This document shows positions 29,377-38,671 of a stretch of DNA of 64,000 nucleotides, in pieces. The notes under the pieces were generated by a model. It was not told the origin of the DNA. It was given only the letters and a program-made list of their open reading frames with translations, and ran no database searches. Positions within the stretch are counted from its first letter, which is position 1, and each line of letters opens with the position of its first letter. A program made the translations under genes and the position numbers. Origin of the DNA: a virus (lineage: Duplodnaviria; Caudoviricetes); IMG/VR virus record IMGVR_UViG_3300011008_002712, one strand, 5' to 3'.

Positions 29377-30508
29377 TTTCCACCTCACAACTCTTAATAA
29401 GAAATAATAATAAAAACATTTTAGAATGTATGACCTTGTCGTACCAACGAAAAAATGAATTATCATTTTTTTTATCAAGTTCGTTAAGATTTACATTCTG
29501 ATAACGTATATAGAAATCAATTAATTCTTTAGCAGCTTCTTTAGATTCTATATTTTCAAATTTTTTTTGAATTTTTTTAACAAAACTATTTTTATCCCAT
29601 AAAAATGATTCAATTTTATCTGTATTCCAAGCATAAGGCACTGATGTAATAATTAAATCGTGTGGTTCAAAAATCAATAATTCTTCTGGCGTAAGAAATG
29701 TTATGTCTAAATCATTCCGAGTGATAATTTTGAATTTTTTGTTTCTTCTCTCGCAATATTGCATTGCATATTCCATTTTTTTAGTCTCAAAATATGTTTT
29801 TACATCGCCTTTTATTTCAAACAAAGTATCATTTATTTGAAAGTCTGGTGTGTATATATGCCATTCATTATTTGCGTTTAGATATGGTATTTGTTCTGTG
29901 CAGTAAACAACGTTTTTATCTTCATTTTGATATAAAAACGATAATTCATAGCTGCTTGCGAAAAACCATTTTTTACGGAAAAATCCTTTTAAAAATCTTC
30001 CTTTGCCAATGCTTCTTTTTAGTGCAAAAAATTTATCCTTTTGAAACGTTAAAGATATAGATTTTTTTATTTTATCTTTTACACTTTGACTAGATTGTAC
30101 TGCTTTTTGAGCCTCACTGTTTGTAGTTTTCCATTCATCTAAAGATGTCACATAATTCATTATACAGTCATTGCAAATTTGTATATTGTTTGCATATTTC
30201 GAATGAATTATTTTGTCGATTCTACGAATATCTTTTTTTCCACATTTTTCACAAGTAATTTCAACAAATAATTTTGTGCTTTTTGATAAAACATCTCTAT
30301 TTTTTTGAAAAACTTCCCAAGAAAAAGGATTATTACGAGGCCCATAGTACAATGCATCAGGTGTTAATTTGTCTTTGTATAAAGTGTTTAGCACTCTAAA
30401 ACATCCAGAACAAATATTGGGATCATACCCTTGCGATATCTTTTTATTTTTGCTTTTTTCTGATTGTATAAAATTTTCTTTGCACCTAATGCATTGCATT
30501 GTTTTCAC
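29351..30508 (-). CDS. Putative free-standing endonuclease (Zn fingers + PD-(D/E)XK), directly after dnaE-N
   Basis: CxxC pairs, FASSYE..YTPDF..LFEIKG; same family as the genes at 16880 and 18582. Confidence 0.75.
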   Translation of the reverse strand: MKTMQCIRCKENFIQSEKSKNKKISQGYDPNICSGCFRVLNTLYKDKLTPDALYYGPRNNPFSWEVFQKNRDVLSKSTKLFVEITCEKCGKKDIRRIDKIIHSKYANNIQICNDCIMNYVTSLDEWKTTNSEAQKAVQSSQSVKDKIKKSISLTFQKDKFFALKRSIGKGRFLKGFFRKKWFFASSYELSFLYQNEDKNVVYCTEQIPYLNANNEWHIYTPDFQINDTLFEIKGDVKTYFETKKMEYAMQYCERRNKKFKIITRNDLDITFLTPEELLIFEPHDLIITSVPYAWNTDKIESFLWDKNSFVKKIQKKFENIESKEAAKELIDFYIRYQNVNLNELDKKNDNSFFRWYDKVIHSKMFLLLFLIKSCEVENENFDNLQ

Positions 30509-30510
30509 CT

Positions 30511-32010
30511 TTAAATTTCACATATAACATCATTAATTTCTAACTTATCGGCTTCAATCCATTGAGGAATTCTTATGCCATTATCAAAGTCTTTAGCTTT
30601 TATTGCTAAGATTTTATGATCTTTTGTGACACCATCAATCATTTTATCTTCAATTTGAAGTTGTAATAACTTTTCGTCTACATCATAAATAAATTTATTA
30701 ACAACTTCATGAAGTTTTTCATCTTTAGCATAGACAAGCTCACCAACATTTACGTCTCTAATTTGTTTTAACCCATACTGGGTTAAAACAAAATTATTAT
30801 CTTTAAAGCAACCCCTTCCAGGACCACATGGTATTTTAGCTTTATTTCTAATAAAATCAATTAAGCTTCCATATAAAATGAAATATGTCTCAAATCCCAT
30901 CTCTTTAATGACTTTCATTTCATGTGCAGCTCTAATTCTATCTTTTTTTGATTGTGCTCGTTTTTTTGTCAACCCATTAAGAAAAAGATATTCAAGATAT
31001 TTAGTTTTTTCTAACTCTTTTCCTCTAGATTCTTTTGATTTTTCTTTCCACTCATTATAAACACTATCATTTTTTGGTATTTCTACACTTGGCAAATAAT
31101 GAACGTCTGTAACAAATTCAACACTACATTGTTTTGCTATATCTTCAGAAAATTCAACAGCACTTAAAACCGCTTTTTGATCTAAAACTTCGTGACCAGA
31201 ACATTTAAATGCATTTAAAATTTCATCTTTTGTCATAATATAATAAGTATTCCCGCCATAAGTCCATCTATCTGGATTTGACATGACATCTTTACTCTGC
31301 ATGCAAAGAAGCACATCATGAGCTTCTTTGTGTTCTTGAGTCAAATAATGCGCATCTGTTGTAGCAACTAGTGGTATACCCATTTCTTTTGACAATTCTA
31401 TCAGCACTTTATTTACGATAACTTGATGTTCTATTGCTGTTGGCTGTATTTCTAAATAAAAATTACCATGAAATAATTTATGATAATATTCAATCCATTT
31501 TTTTGCTCCAACTATATCATCATTCATGATGCAACGTGGAATTCTACCAGCAATGCACGCAGACGTCGCTATTAAATCGTCAGTACCAATATCTTCAAGA
31601 CATTTATCGTCAATCCTTGCTTTATAGTAAAAACCTTTTGTTGCAGCTAAAGATGCCAATTTAGAAATTCTTTTATAACCTTCTATATTTTTTGCAAGAA
31701 TTATCATATGCTCATTCTTATATTGACGATAATGTTCAATGTCTTTATTATTCATATCATCTGTTACATAAAATTCTTCTCCAATAATTGGAATTACATC
31801 ATTTTTTTTAGCTTCATTATAATGAAACATAACAGCATATAAATTTCCATGATCTGTTATGCAACTATATACTTGGTGAGTTTCTCCAGTTTTTTTATTA
31901 AATTCATCTGTAATTTCTTTATTACGTCTTACTAAATCTTCTAACCTAAGGCAAGAATCCAATAAAGAATATTGAGAATGAACATGTAAATTGACAAAAT
32001 TATTGGACAT
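30511..32010 (-). CDS. dnaE: DNA polymerase III alpha, N-terminal half (PHP domain), fused to N-part of a split intein
   Basis: FVNLHVHSQYSLLD, ITDHGNLY, ATTDAHY, MGFETYF, CGPGRG then intein CFKDNNFV. Confidence 0.95.
   Translation of the reverse strand: MSNNFVNLHVHSQYSLLDSCLRLEDLVRRNKEITDEFNKKTGETHQVYSCITDHGNLYAVMFHYNEAKKNDVIPIIGEEFYVTDDMNNKDIEHYRQYKNEHMIILAKNIEGYKRISKLASLAATKGFYYKARIDDKCLEDIGTDDLIATSACIAGRIPRCIMNDDIVGAKKWIEYYHKLFHGNFYLEIQPTAIEHQVIVNKVLIELSKEMGIPLVATTDAHYLTQEHKEAHDVLLCMQSKDVMSNPDRWTYGGNTYYIMTKDEILNAFKCSGHEVLDQKAVLSAVEFSEDIAKQCSVEFVTDVHYLPSVEIPKNDSVYNEWKEKSKESRGKELEKTKYLEYLFLNGLTKKRAQSKKDRIRAAHEMKVIKEMGFETYFILYGSLIDFIRNKAKIPCGPGRGCFKDNNFVLTQYGLKQIRDVNVGELVYAKDEKLHEVVNKFIYDVDEKLLQLQIEDKMIDGVTKDHKILAIKAKDFDNGIRIPQWIEADKLEINDVICEI
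30514..30810 (-). mobile_element. Split intein N-fragment (99 aa)
   Basis: Cys1 CFKDNNFVLT..G.KQI.DV.VGE.V, block B TKDH, WIEADKLEIND then stop. Confidence 0.92.
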
Positions 32011-32078
32011 AAGTACATTCCTCCCAATTTATTATAAAAAAATAAGCGATCATATGATCGCTTATTTTAATAAATTCA

Positions 32079-32420
32079 TTAGTCATCTATCCCTAAAAAT
32101 ACAAATCCGTCATGTTTTTTACAAAAATCAATTGCATATTCTGATAAATTGTTTTCACCATATCCAAAATCTTTTTGGAAAATTTGACAGTCTTTATCAA
32201 TATATTCTTTTATTTTATTATGCAATTCATCAGAATATTCACAATCGTTTGATTGTTCATATTTTGTTATATTAATTCCTTTTTCTCCGTTGCTAAGACT
32301 ATCATTCATAAGAATATAGTCAAAAACTTTCATATCTGGTTGATCAATATTTGAATTTTTTACTGCGAAAATATAACTAGAAGACGACGAATTGGTTATA
32401 AAATCTGTTCTAATTTTCAT
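32079..32420 (-). CDS. Conserved phage hypothetical protein (KIRTDFxTNSSSSS family)
   Basis: N-terminal MKIRTDFITNSSSSSY. Confidence 0.75.
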   Translation of the reverse strand: MKIRTDFITNSSSSSYIFAVKNSNIDQPDMKVFDYILMNDSLSNGEKGINITKYEQSNDCEYSDELHNKIKEYIDKDCQIFQKDFGYGENNLSEYAIDFCKKHDGFVFLGIDD

Positions 32421-32423
32421 GAT

Positions 32424-33410
32424 TCATTCCTTCAACAAAGATTTGTATTTGTTAAGAATATATATGAGTTCATTCGTAATGAATGGATGCAACTTGTTTA
32501 AAAATTTATTATCCTTTTTGTTTTTACGATAATTATATAATGCTAAAAATGCCGCATTTGATTTCCAATATGGAGAATCCATATCGTTCAACATTTTTAC
32601 AATATGAGCAAATTCTATTTTATTTGCTAATTTTCTTGTTGTTTGTTCAATATTAATGAATGTTTGAATATCATTTTCTGTTGTTGGTCTATCAAATACA
32701 TGACCTTCATATAAATTAAAATCTTTTTCATTCAATATGTCTTTACACCAATCGATTTGATTCATATACATGTGCAAAGAATCAACGACATGAGTATAAA
32801 TACCAACTTTTACATTCAATTTACTAGCCATAATAACTTGCAAACTTGTAAAATTAAACACATCATAAGGATATCCAAACATAATATCATTACTTCTCAT
32901 AAAAACAATCATATTTAATTTATTGTTTCTTATTGAGAATCTCATTAAATTAGTACATGGTTTATCTTTTGTTTTTAAAAAATCTAATGATGGATCAAAT
33001 AACACTATCGTTCCCTGGCGAGATTCTGGATCTTCTTTTAGAAGTTCAACAACTTTATCAAACTGATTAATGTGCTTACTACCATAATCGAAAATACGTT
33101 TACCGTAAGCGCCGTTCAACGTCTTTCCATCATCACTAAAATTACTCCAATTTTTGTTATACCAACAAATATGATTCATGTCGTCACTTTTTTGCAAAAT
33201 CCAAGTTAATTCACCTAACATAAAACCATAATTAAGCTTTCTAGCATCACTGTAGATGATATTTTCCAATGGATTATTAATAGTTATAGATACTGGAGAA
33301 AGTTCCAACGTTTCTAATCCTCTTGGTGATATTCTTTTTCCGCCTTCCAATATAGCTGAAATTAAGCATTTATAGGATTCATTAATATTATTAAAATTAA
33401 ATGAATACAT
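32424..33410 (-). CDS. Thymidylate-synthase-family dCMP hydroxymethylase (or methylase)
   Basis: NGAYGKR, DPESRQ, DKPCT catalytic Cys, MRSND.MFG.PYD with Asp at the specificity position, SLHMY. Confidence 0.82.
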   Translation of the reverse strand: MYSFNFNNINESYKCLISAILEGGKRISPRGLETLELSPVSITINNPLENIIYSDARKLNYGFMLGELTWILQKSDDMNHICWYNKNWSNFSDDGKTLNGAYGKRIFDYGSKHINQFDKVVELLKEDPESRQGTIVLFDPSLDFLKTKDKPCTNLMRFSIRNNKLNMIVFMRSNDIMFGYPYDVFNFTSLQVIMASKLNVKVGIYTHVVDSLHMYMNQIDWCKDILNEKDFNLYEGHVFDRPTTENDIQTFINIEQTTRKLANKIEFAHIVKMLNDMDSPYWKSNAAFLALYNYRKNKKDNKFLNKLHPFITNELIYILNKYKSLLKE

Positions 33411-33476
33411 TTTACCAACCTCCTTAATTTATTTTAAACAAAAAAAAAGAGGAAATTAATTCCCCCTTTTCATTTT

Positions 33477-34256
33477 TCAAATTTTAATAACTTGAAACAG
33501 TGTCATATCGTTAACATCAAGACAGTTATCAAAATGAACTACTTCTCCTGGTTCTATGCTCGATCCAAAACATCCTCCAGCTCCGTCATATATTGCAATA
33601 TATGAATTATTGTCATATACGATAACGTCACCTTCGTCTATGTCCAACAAATTACCTGAGAATGAATGCACTTTTTGTTGTAAATCATCTAATACTACAT
33701 CTATTGATGTTACATTTCTAACTAATTCTCTTTTTAAATCAGTGCTATAATAACTTCCAATAGATAAGACAATTTCAACATAATTTACTTTAGGATCAAT
33801 ATCAACAACTACTTCTTTTGCTTTTCGTCTCATATATCCTTTATATGCAAGACTTTGAAAAGTATTTTTTGAAGTATTAACTAATTCCCATTCATTCCAA
33901 GAATTAGAATCTTGGCTTCCTGAACGAAAATATAATTTATTGATTTTTGATTCATCTGTAATATCGTTTATTACGTACATGAATTGGAAACAGTATCTAT
34001 TTGCTGCAAAATGAATGATTGTTCCATTTGTGCAAAAATCTTCACTTATATTCATTTGAGGAAGAATTGAATATAATTGTATTCCATGACTTGGCCATAA
34101 TCCTGGCGAATCCTCATCAACAGTAATATCAATTGGGAATCTATCACTTTCAGTAAACAACTCATATAAATAATCTATTTTTCCTCCAGCTGTTTCTTTA
34201 AATTTATTCAATGAGTTAGAAATTTCAGCTAAAGAAAGTCCTTTATTTTCAGCCAA
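33477..34256 (-). CDS. Hypothetical protein with fibre/knob-like segment
   Basis: G.IIHF..YCFQ...LYFRSG...WNEWE resembles phage fibre knob modules. Confidence 0.55.
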   Translation of the reverse strand: MAENKGLSLAEISNSLNKFKETAGGKIDYLYELFTESDRFPIDITVDEDSPGLWPSHGIQLYSILPQMNISEDFCTNGTIIHFAANRYCFQFMYVINDITDESKINKLYFRSGSQDSNSWNEWELVNTSKNTFQSLAYKGYMRRKAKEVVVDIDPKVNYVEIVLSIGSYYSTDLKRELVRNVTSIDVVLDDLQQKVHSFSGNLLDIDEGDVIVYDNNSYIAIYDGAGGCFGSSIEPGEVVHFDNCLDVNDMTLFQVIKI

Positions 34257-34775
34257 TTATTTTTCACCTCTTCGAGTTCTTATGCAATTATTTTTATCGA
34301 TGAATTCTTGAAATTCATCTACATTAAGAACATCAATTTTTATACTTTTTAAAAGCTGATTAGCTATTTCATCATCTAATCCATGACTATAATCGCCACA
34401 GTAAACTAATCTTTTTATCCCTGCTGCAATTATAATTTTTGTACAATTTACGCATGGTTTACATGTTACATATAGTGTTGAATCCTTTATGTTTACTCCA
34501 TTTTGTGCAGCTTGTGCTATTGCATTTCCTTCTGCATGTCCAGATCTACATAATTCACTTCTTTCACCAGAAGGTATATTTAATTTGCTTCTTATACATA
34601 AATCAGGATTATCAGTGCAATGTTCTAATCCACTTAGTGCTCCGTTATATCCAGCGCCAAGTTGTATTTTATCTCTTACTATGACTGCGCCAACTTGTCG
34701 TCTTATACATGTCGAACGCGTTGCATACATAAACGCAATCTTCATAAAAAAATTGTCTAATGATTCTCTACACAT
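34257..34775 (-). CDS. dCMP deaminase
   Basis: RSTCIRRQVGAV, GYNG, HAEGNAI, PCVNC. Confidence 0.93.
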   Translation of the reverse strand: MCRESLDNFFMKIAFMYATRSTCIRRQVGAVIVRDKIQLGAGYNGALSGLEHCTDNPDLCIRSKLNIPSGERSELCRSGHAEGNAIAQAAQNGVNIKDSTLYVTCKPCVNCTKIIIAAGIKRLVYCGDYSHGLDDEIANQLLKSIKIDVLNVDEFQEFIDKNNCIRTRRGEK

Positions 34776-34776
34776 A

Positions 34777-35487
34777 TCATTCCATCCTTACAATTCTTTG
34801 AGGTTTAATAATTTTAGACTGTTCTTCAACATCTCTATCAATTGTAATCCAAATATTTCTTCCAATTATATCCGGCCTTGTAATTTTCGTAGAAAAATCA
34901 TCATCTTTTACAACATATAATTCATTTGCGTTTATATCTCCACGCGGAATTTTATCCCATCCATTAACCAATTTTCTTATCGATTCGTATTTTTTTATAC
35001 AACGTAATACTTTTTGAAAAGCTTTGCCGTAAAAAAGTCGTGATGTATTAATTGTGCAATAAGGAAGATGTTGTTTTGCAACAAAATTATCAAAATTCAA
35101 TCTTTCAATTGGATAATGTTCTGGCATTACAAAATCTTCTCCACGTTTTTCAATTCGTGACGTTATATCTTTAATTTTTGCAAAAACATAAACAAAAAAT
35201 GGAACATATTCAAGATCATATAATTTATTTTCAAATTCTAATAAATAATCTCCTTCATATCCTCTGAAAATTGGAGCATATATCCACTCTCCATCATGGA
35301 ATCTATCAAACAAATAACTTTTATCATTATTCATTTGTTCTACAAAATCAAAATATTGTTTCTTTCCATCTTCCATATCTTTAGGATTTGAAAAATGAGT
35401 ATCTATTAGTTCGGGATATTTCTTTTTTAGTTTTTTGCATAATGTCGTTTTCCCAGCTCCATTTACGCCAGATACTAAAATATTCAT
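34777..35487 (-). CDS. Deoxynucleoside monophosphate kinase (thymidylate kinase-like)
   Basis: P-loop GVNGAGKTT, FDRFH.GE.IY, RIEKRGE. Confidence 0.82.
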   Translation of the reverse strand: MNILVSGVNGAGKTTLCKKLKKKYPELIDTHFSNPKDMEDGKKQYFDFVEQMNNDKSYLFDRFHDGEWIYAPIFRGYEGDYLLEFENKLYDLEYVPFFVYVFAKIKDITSRIEKRGEDFVMPEHYPIERLNFDNFVAKQHLPYCTINTSRLFYGKAFQKVLRCIKKYESIRKLVNGWDKIPRGDINANELYVVKDDDFSTKITRPDIIGRNIWITIDRDVEEQSKIIKPQRIVRME

Positions 35488-35560
35488 TTATCTTCCTCCT
35501 TGTTACATTCATCACAAAAGCTTCTGCTATTATTTTAAGCAGAAGCTTTATTTTTTTTAT

Positions 35561-35971
35561 TTATTTACTATCATTTTCTTGTTCTTCTAGCAAATCTGGA
35601 CGTCTTTCCGATTCAGAACTAGACGTGTCCTTATAAGAAAAATCAATTTCATCACTATCAATTTCATCGTTAATATTTTTTAATTCTTCTTTTGAATGAA
35701 TTGTGTCATCTTTTAAAATTTTATCAAGATGACCTTCTAGTAAAATTCTATCGCCTTCAGGGTTTTGTTTTATGTTATTTTCATATAAAAAATATTGAAG
35801 TATGCTTTGATCCCAATTCGAAAAATGGTCTCTCATCCAAGTTCTAAATTTTTTCCCAATCTCGTCTGTTTCAACTGGATCATCTTCATGTATGTCCAAG
35901 CAATATTTCATTGTCAATATAATGCTTTTCCTTTTTCTTCTTGGTTTTCCAAGTCTTTTTATTTTTTCCAT
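35561..35971 (-). CDS. Hypothetical protein
   Basis: 136-aa ORF, basic N-terminus and acidic C-terminus. Confidence 0.65.
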   Translation of the reverse strand: MEKIKRLGKPRRKRKSIILTMKYCLDIHEDDPVETDEIGKKFRTWMRDHFSNWDQSILQYFLYENNIKQNPEGDRILLEGHLDKILKDDTIHSKEELKNINDEIDSDEIDFSYKDTSSSESERRPDLLEEQENDSK

Positions 35972-36044
35972 TTATTTCACGCTCACACTTAACTCTTTTA
36001 AATTAAATAAGGAAGAGCTTTGTTTTTAGCTCTTCCTTATTATT

Positions 36045-37466
36045 TTACTTATTTTTTTTCAATCTTGACTTTTTAAATTCTTTAATTTCAACTTCTTTAT
36101 TGCCGTCAAGAATAGAAAAAATATTTTTTTCATACATTTCTCTATAACCAAACACTACAACATGATCATCTTTATACTCATTATACAATTTTAAATATTC
36201 GTCTACATATTCTGGAGCAATAAGATGTCTAATAATATCTTCATTCGTCTTAAATTTCTTCTTATCTTTTCCAACATCAATAAAATCTTGTAACATTGAT
36301 GGGCAGATATTATCAGCGTCAAATTCCATTTTTATAACATTGAATCCATTATCAATCATTTCTTTTTGCTTTGATTCATTTTTAGAAATATCGATAATTT
36401 CCTTTGCTGTTTCTTCCAATTTTTCTCTATCACTAACAATCATAAAAGGATGTTCAATATTATAATTGTAAAATGTTTTTCCAGTAGAAGCCATAACATT
36501 ATGTTTCGCCCAATGCACATCAAAAACTGGAATAGCGCCATTTACTATAATTTCCATCATAGTATATTCCATACGATCGCCATATTCTTCTGGATGTTTG
36601 TCTAAATGGAAAAAACTACATCCAAACATTGTATTTGACATTTCCTGCATGGCTTCATCATGAATATATTCCTTATATACCTCAGCACATCCATGTTCAT
36701 TTACAATTGGGCCTTTCTTCTCACTTGTCATATCTATGCAATAGGGATTATCATAGATATCATCCTTTGCACCACGACTCTTTTCAATTCCACGTAAAAC
36801 TATCTTAAAATCATTATCTAGTTTTTTAATATGAGGAGCTAAAAACAACAGTCTATGCGGTTCTTTTGTAGATGTCCAACGGCCAATATACATAATTTTA
36901 TGTTCTTTACCAGGATTTTCATTACGATATTTTACAGCTGTTTCAAAATCAAGCCACAGTGGGATTCTTTTTACTCTGTTATCTTTCACTTTTGACGGAA
37001 ACATTTCATTCATAGCTCTATTGAACCAAGTTGTTGGCCCATATCCATAAATTGCATCCATATTATTCATAATTCCAACCATATATGGAATTTTGTCTAT
37101 ATATGTCTTATGAACCTCATGAATAAATCCAATTTTAACTGGATTATTTACTCCCATTATGATTTTATCATAAAAAGATTTAACGTATGAATGATCTGAT
37201 TTTGCATATGGATAACTAAAGAAAATAACAACATCTTTTTTATTAAGTGATTCTTGAAGATTATCTAGGTCTTTTTCTTTATATCCTACATAATCCATAA
37301 CATGTGCTTTATACCTAGACATCTTTTTTCCTTCATAAGCAAAAATTTCTAATTCTACTCCATTTCTATTGCACCACGTTTGAAGTTCTACGGCACATTT
37401 TGTTAAACCACACCCATCAATTGCTCTACCAATTACAAGCCCATACTTAGCGTCTTTATAATTCAT
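36045..37466 (-). CDS. agt: DNA alpha-glucosyltransferase homolog (T4 Agt-like GT-B)
   Basis: GRAIDGCGLTK, YIGRWTSTK, GIEKS, EMSNTMFG, MEYTMME..NGAIPVF match T4 Agt motifs ARGLEGCGVTK, WIGRTTTWK, GLERS, RMSKSGFG, LEYTHLE..CGTIPVF as recalled. Confidence 0.85.
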   Translation of the reverse strand: MNYKDAKYGLVIGRAIDGCGLTKCAVELQTWCNRNGVELEIFAYEGKKMSRYKAHVMDYVGYKEKDLDNLQESLNKKDVVIFFSYPYAKSDHSYVKSFYDKIIMGVNNPVKIGFIHEVHKTYIDKIPYMVGIMNNMDAIYGYGPTTWFNRAMNEMFPSKVKDNRVKRIPLWLDFETAVKYRNENPGKEHKIMYIGRWTSTKEPHRLLFLAPHIKKLDNDFKIVLRGIEKSRGAKDDIYDNPYCIDMTSEKKGPIVNEHGCAEVYKEYIHDEAMQEMSNTMFGCSFFHLDKHPEEYGDRMEYTMMEIIVNGAIPVFDVHWAKHNVMASTGKTFYNYNIEHPFMIVSDREKLEETAKEIIDISKNESKQKEMIDNGFNVIKMEFDADNICPSMLQDFIDVGKDKKKFKTNEDIIRHLIAPEYVDEYLKLYNEYKDDHVVVFGYREMYEKNIFSILDGNKEVEIKEFKKSRLKKNK

Positions 37467-37631
37467 ATCAATACCTCCATATGATTTATAATGTATAAAC
37501 TGGCATAAACAAATATTAACCCAAACTTATCTAAGCCAATCATTTAATTATATTCTACTAATTAAATTAAAATTTAAATTAAAAAAAGAAACAATTTCAC
37601 TTTTAATAACATTTATATCGCTAAATTAAAA

Positions 37632-37651
37632 AAGGCACTTTCGAAGTGCCT
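37632..37651 (-). terminator. Intrinsic terminator after sigma factor
   Basis: AGGCACTT-(TCG)-AAGTGCCT followed by T run on minus strand. Confidence 0.7.
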
Positions 37652-37671
37652 ACTATAATCTATCTTAACTG

Positions 37672-38445
37672 TCATGCAGCGACAGAGAATGCTTTTATTT
37701 TATTAGTTTTATAATATAATGATTTCAATATATCACTTAATCCTTCTTTTTCTCTCATCTTTTTTAGCCTCATATATACGCTAGCAGTATTGATTTTCAA
37801 TTTTTCTGCTACTTCTTTTACTGTAAAACCTCCAACAATCATCTTTACAATGGTTTGGTCTTCACAAGTAAGCTTGGGTAAAATTAATTGCTTTAAAATA
37901 TTTTTAAACAAAATATCATCAAATTCATTATCAACAGATTTGTCTTCTATAATATTTTCCAATGTTACATCCGTATCTGCCGTTGTCGCATTAAGAGAAA
38001 TTTCTCCAAATTCATTTTTTCTTTTTTTAGAATTTCCTCTTATCTGTATCATTCCAACGTGATTTTGAGCCGCTGTCCAAAATAGAGTATTAAAGCAACT
38101 TGAACCTCCAGCTTCATATTTCTGAACACAATGATATAATACCATCCCAAGTTCTTGAATTAAATCTTCGTTGTTATATTTTGCAGCCACATAACTGAAT
38201 TTCTTTTTATAATGATTATACAGATAATCAAATGCCTCTTTGCATCCACACTTAAAATCTTCTACAGCTTGTTCTCTAGTAGGTTTCTTGAATTTAAATT
38301 TTGCCAAAATAGCTTTTTCTGCATTATTCATAAACTTTGGCAAATCTTTATAAAGACAATCGTTACTATCGAACATATCTTCTGTGCATTTTACTGGAAA
38401 ATCGCTATACGCAATTACATCCCCACTAGCTAAAGCTACACTCAT
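37672..38445 (-). CDS. Phage sigma-70 family RNA polymerase sigma factor
   Basis: Region 2 EDLIQE..L..C.QKY..FNT; ISLNA; region 4 HTH GFTVKEVAEKLKI..ASVY; upstream TTTACA-N17-TAAAAT. Confidence 0.85.
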   Translation of the reverse strand: MSVALASGDVIAYSDFPVKCTEDMFDSNDCLYKDLPKFMNNAEKAILAKFKFKKPTREQAVEDFKCGCKEAFDYLYNHYKKKFSYVAAKYNNEDLIQELGMVLYHCVQKYEAGGSSCFNTLFWTAAQNHVGMIQIRGNSKKRKNEFGEISLNATTADTDVTLENIIEDKSVDNEFDDILFKNILKQLILPKLTCEDQTIVKMIVGGFTVKEVAEKLKINTASVYMRLKKMREKEGLSDILKSLYYKTNKIKAFSVAA

Positions 38446-38671
38446 AGTATCACATCTCCATTCTTTAAATTCTAAAAACCAATTTCAATTTATTGTAGGC
38501 TAAATCTCAATTTTATTTATTGAGATTTAAAAGAATTCACGGTAAGTAATGACATACAATTTAACGATACATGTTTATTTTAACTCATCTCATGCTAAAT
38601 GTAAAATGTTTTTTGTTTTCATTAATTTGTCAAAAGTTTCATCTGATTTTTGATAAATTACAAGTTGACAA

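Noticed and set aside
16802-30510. Group I/II intron or simple pseudogenisation explaining the broken dnaE
   Set aside because: Both halves end in complementary intein motifs at the exact same junction; the gap holds genes on both strands with terminators, which is incompatible with one spliced RNA
32424-33410. SPO1-type dUMP hydroxymethylase (hmU DNA)
   Set aside because: The specificity residue is Asp rather than Asn, and a canonical ThyA is retained; not fully excluded without an assay
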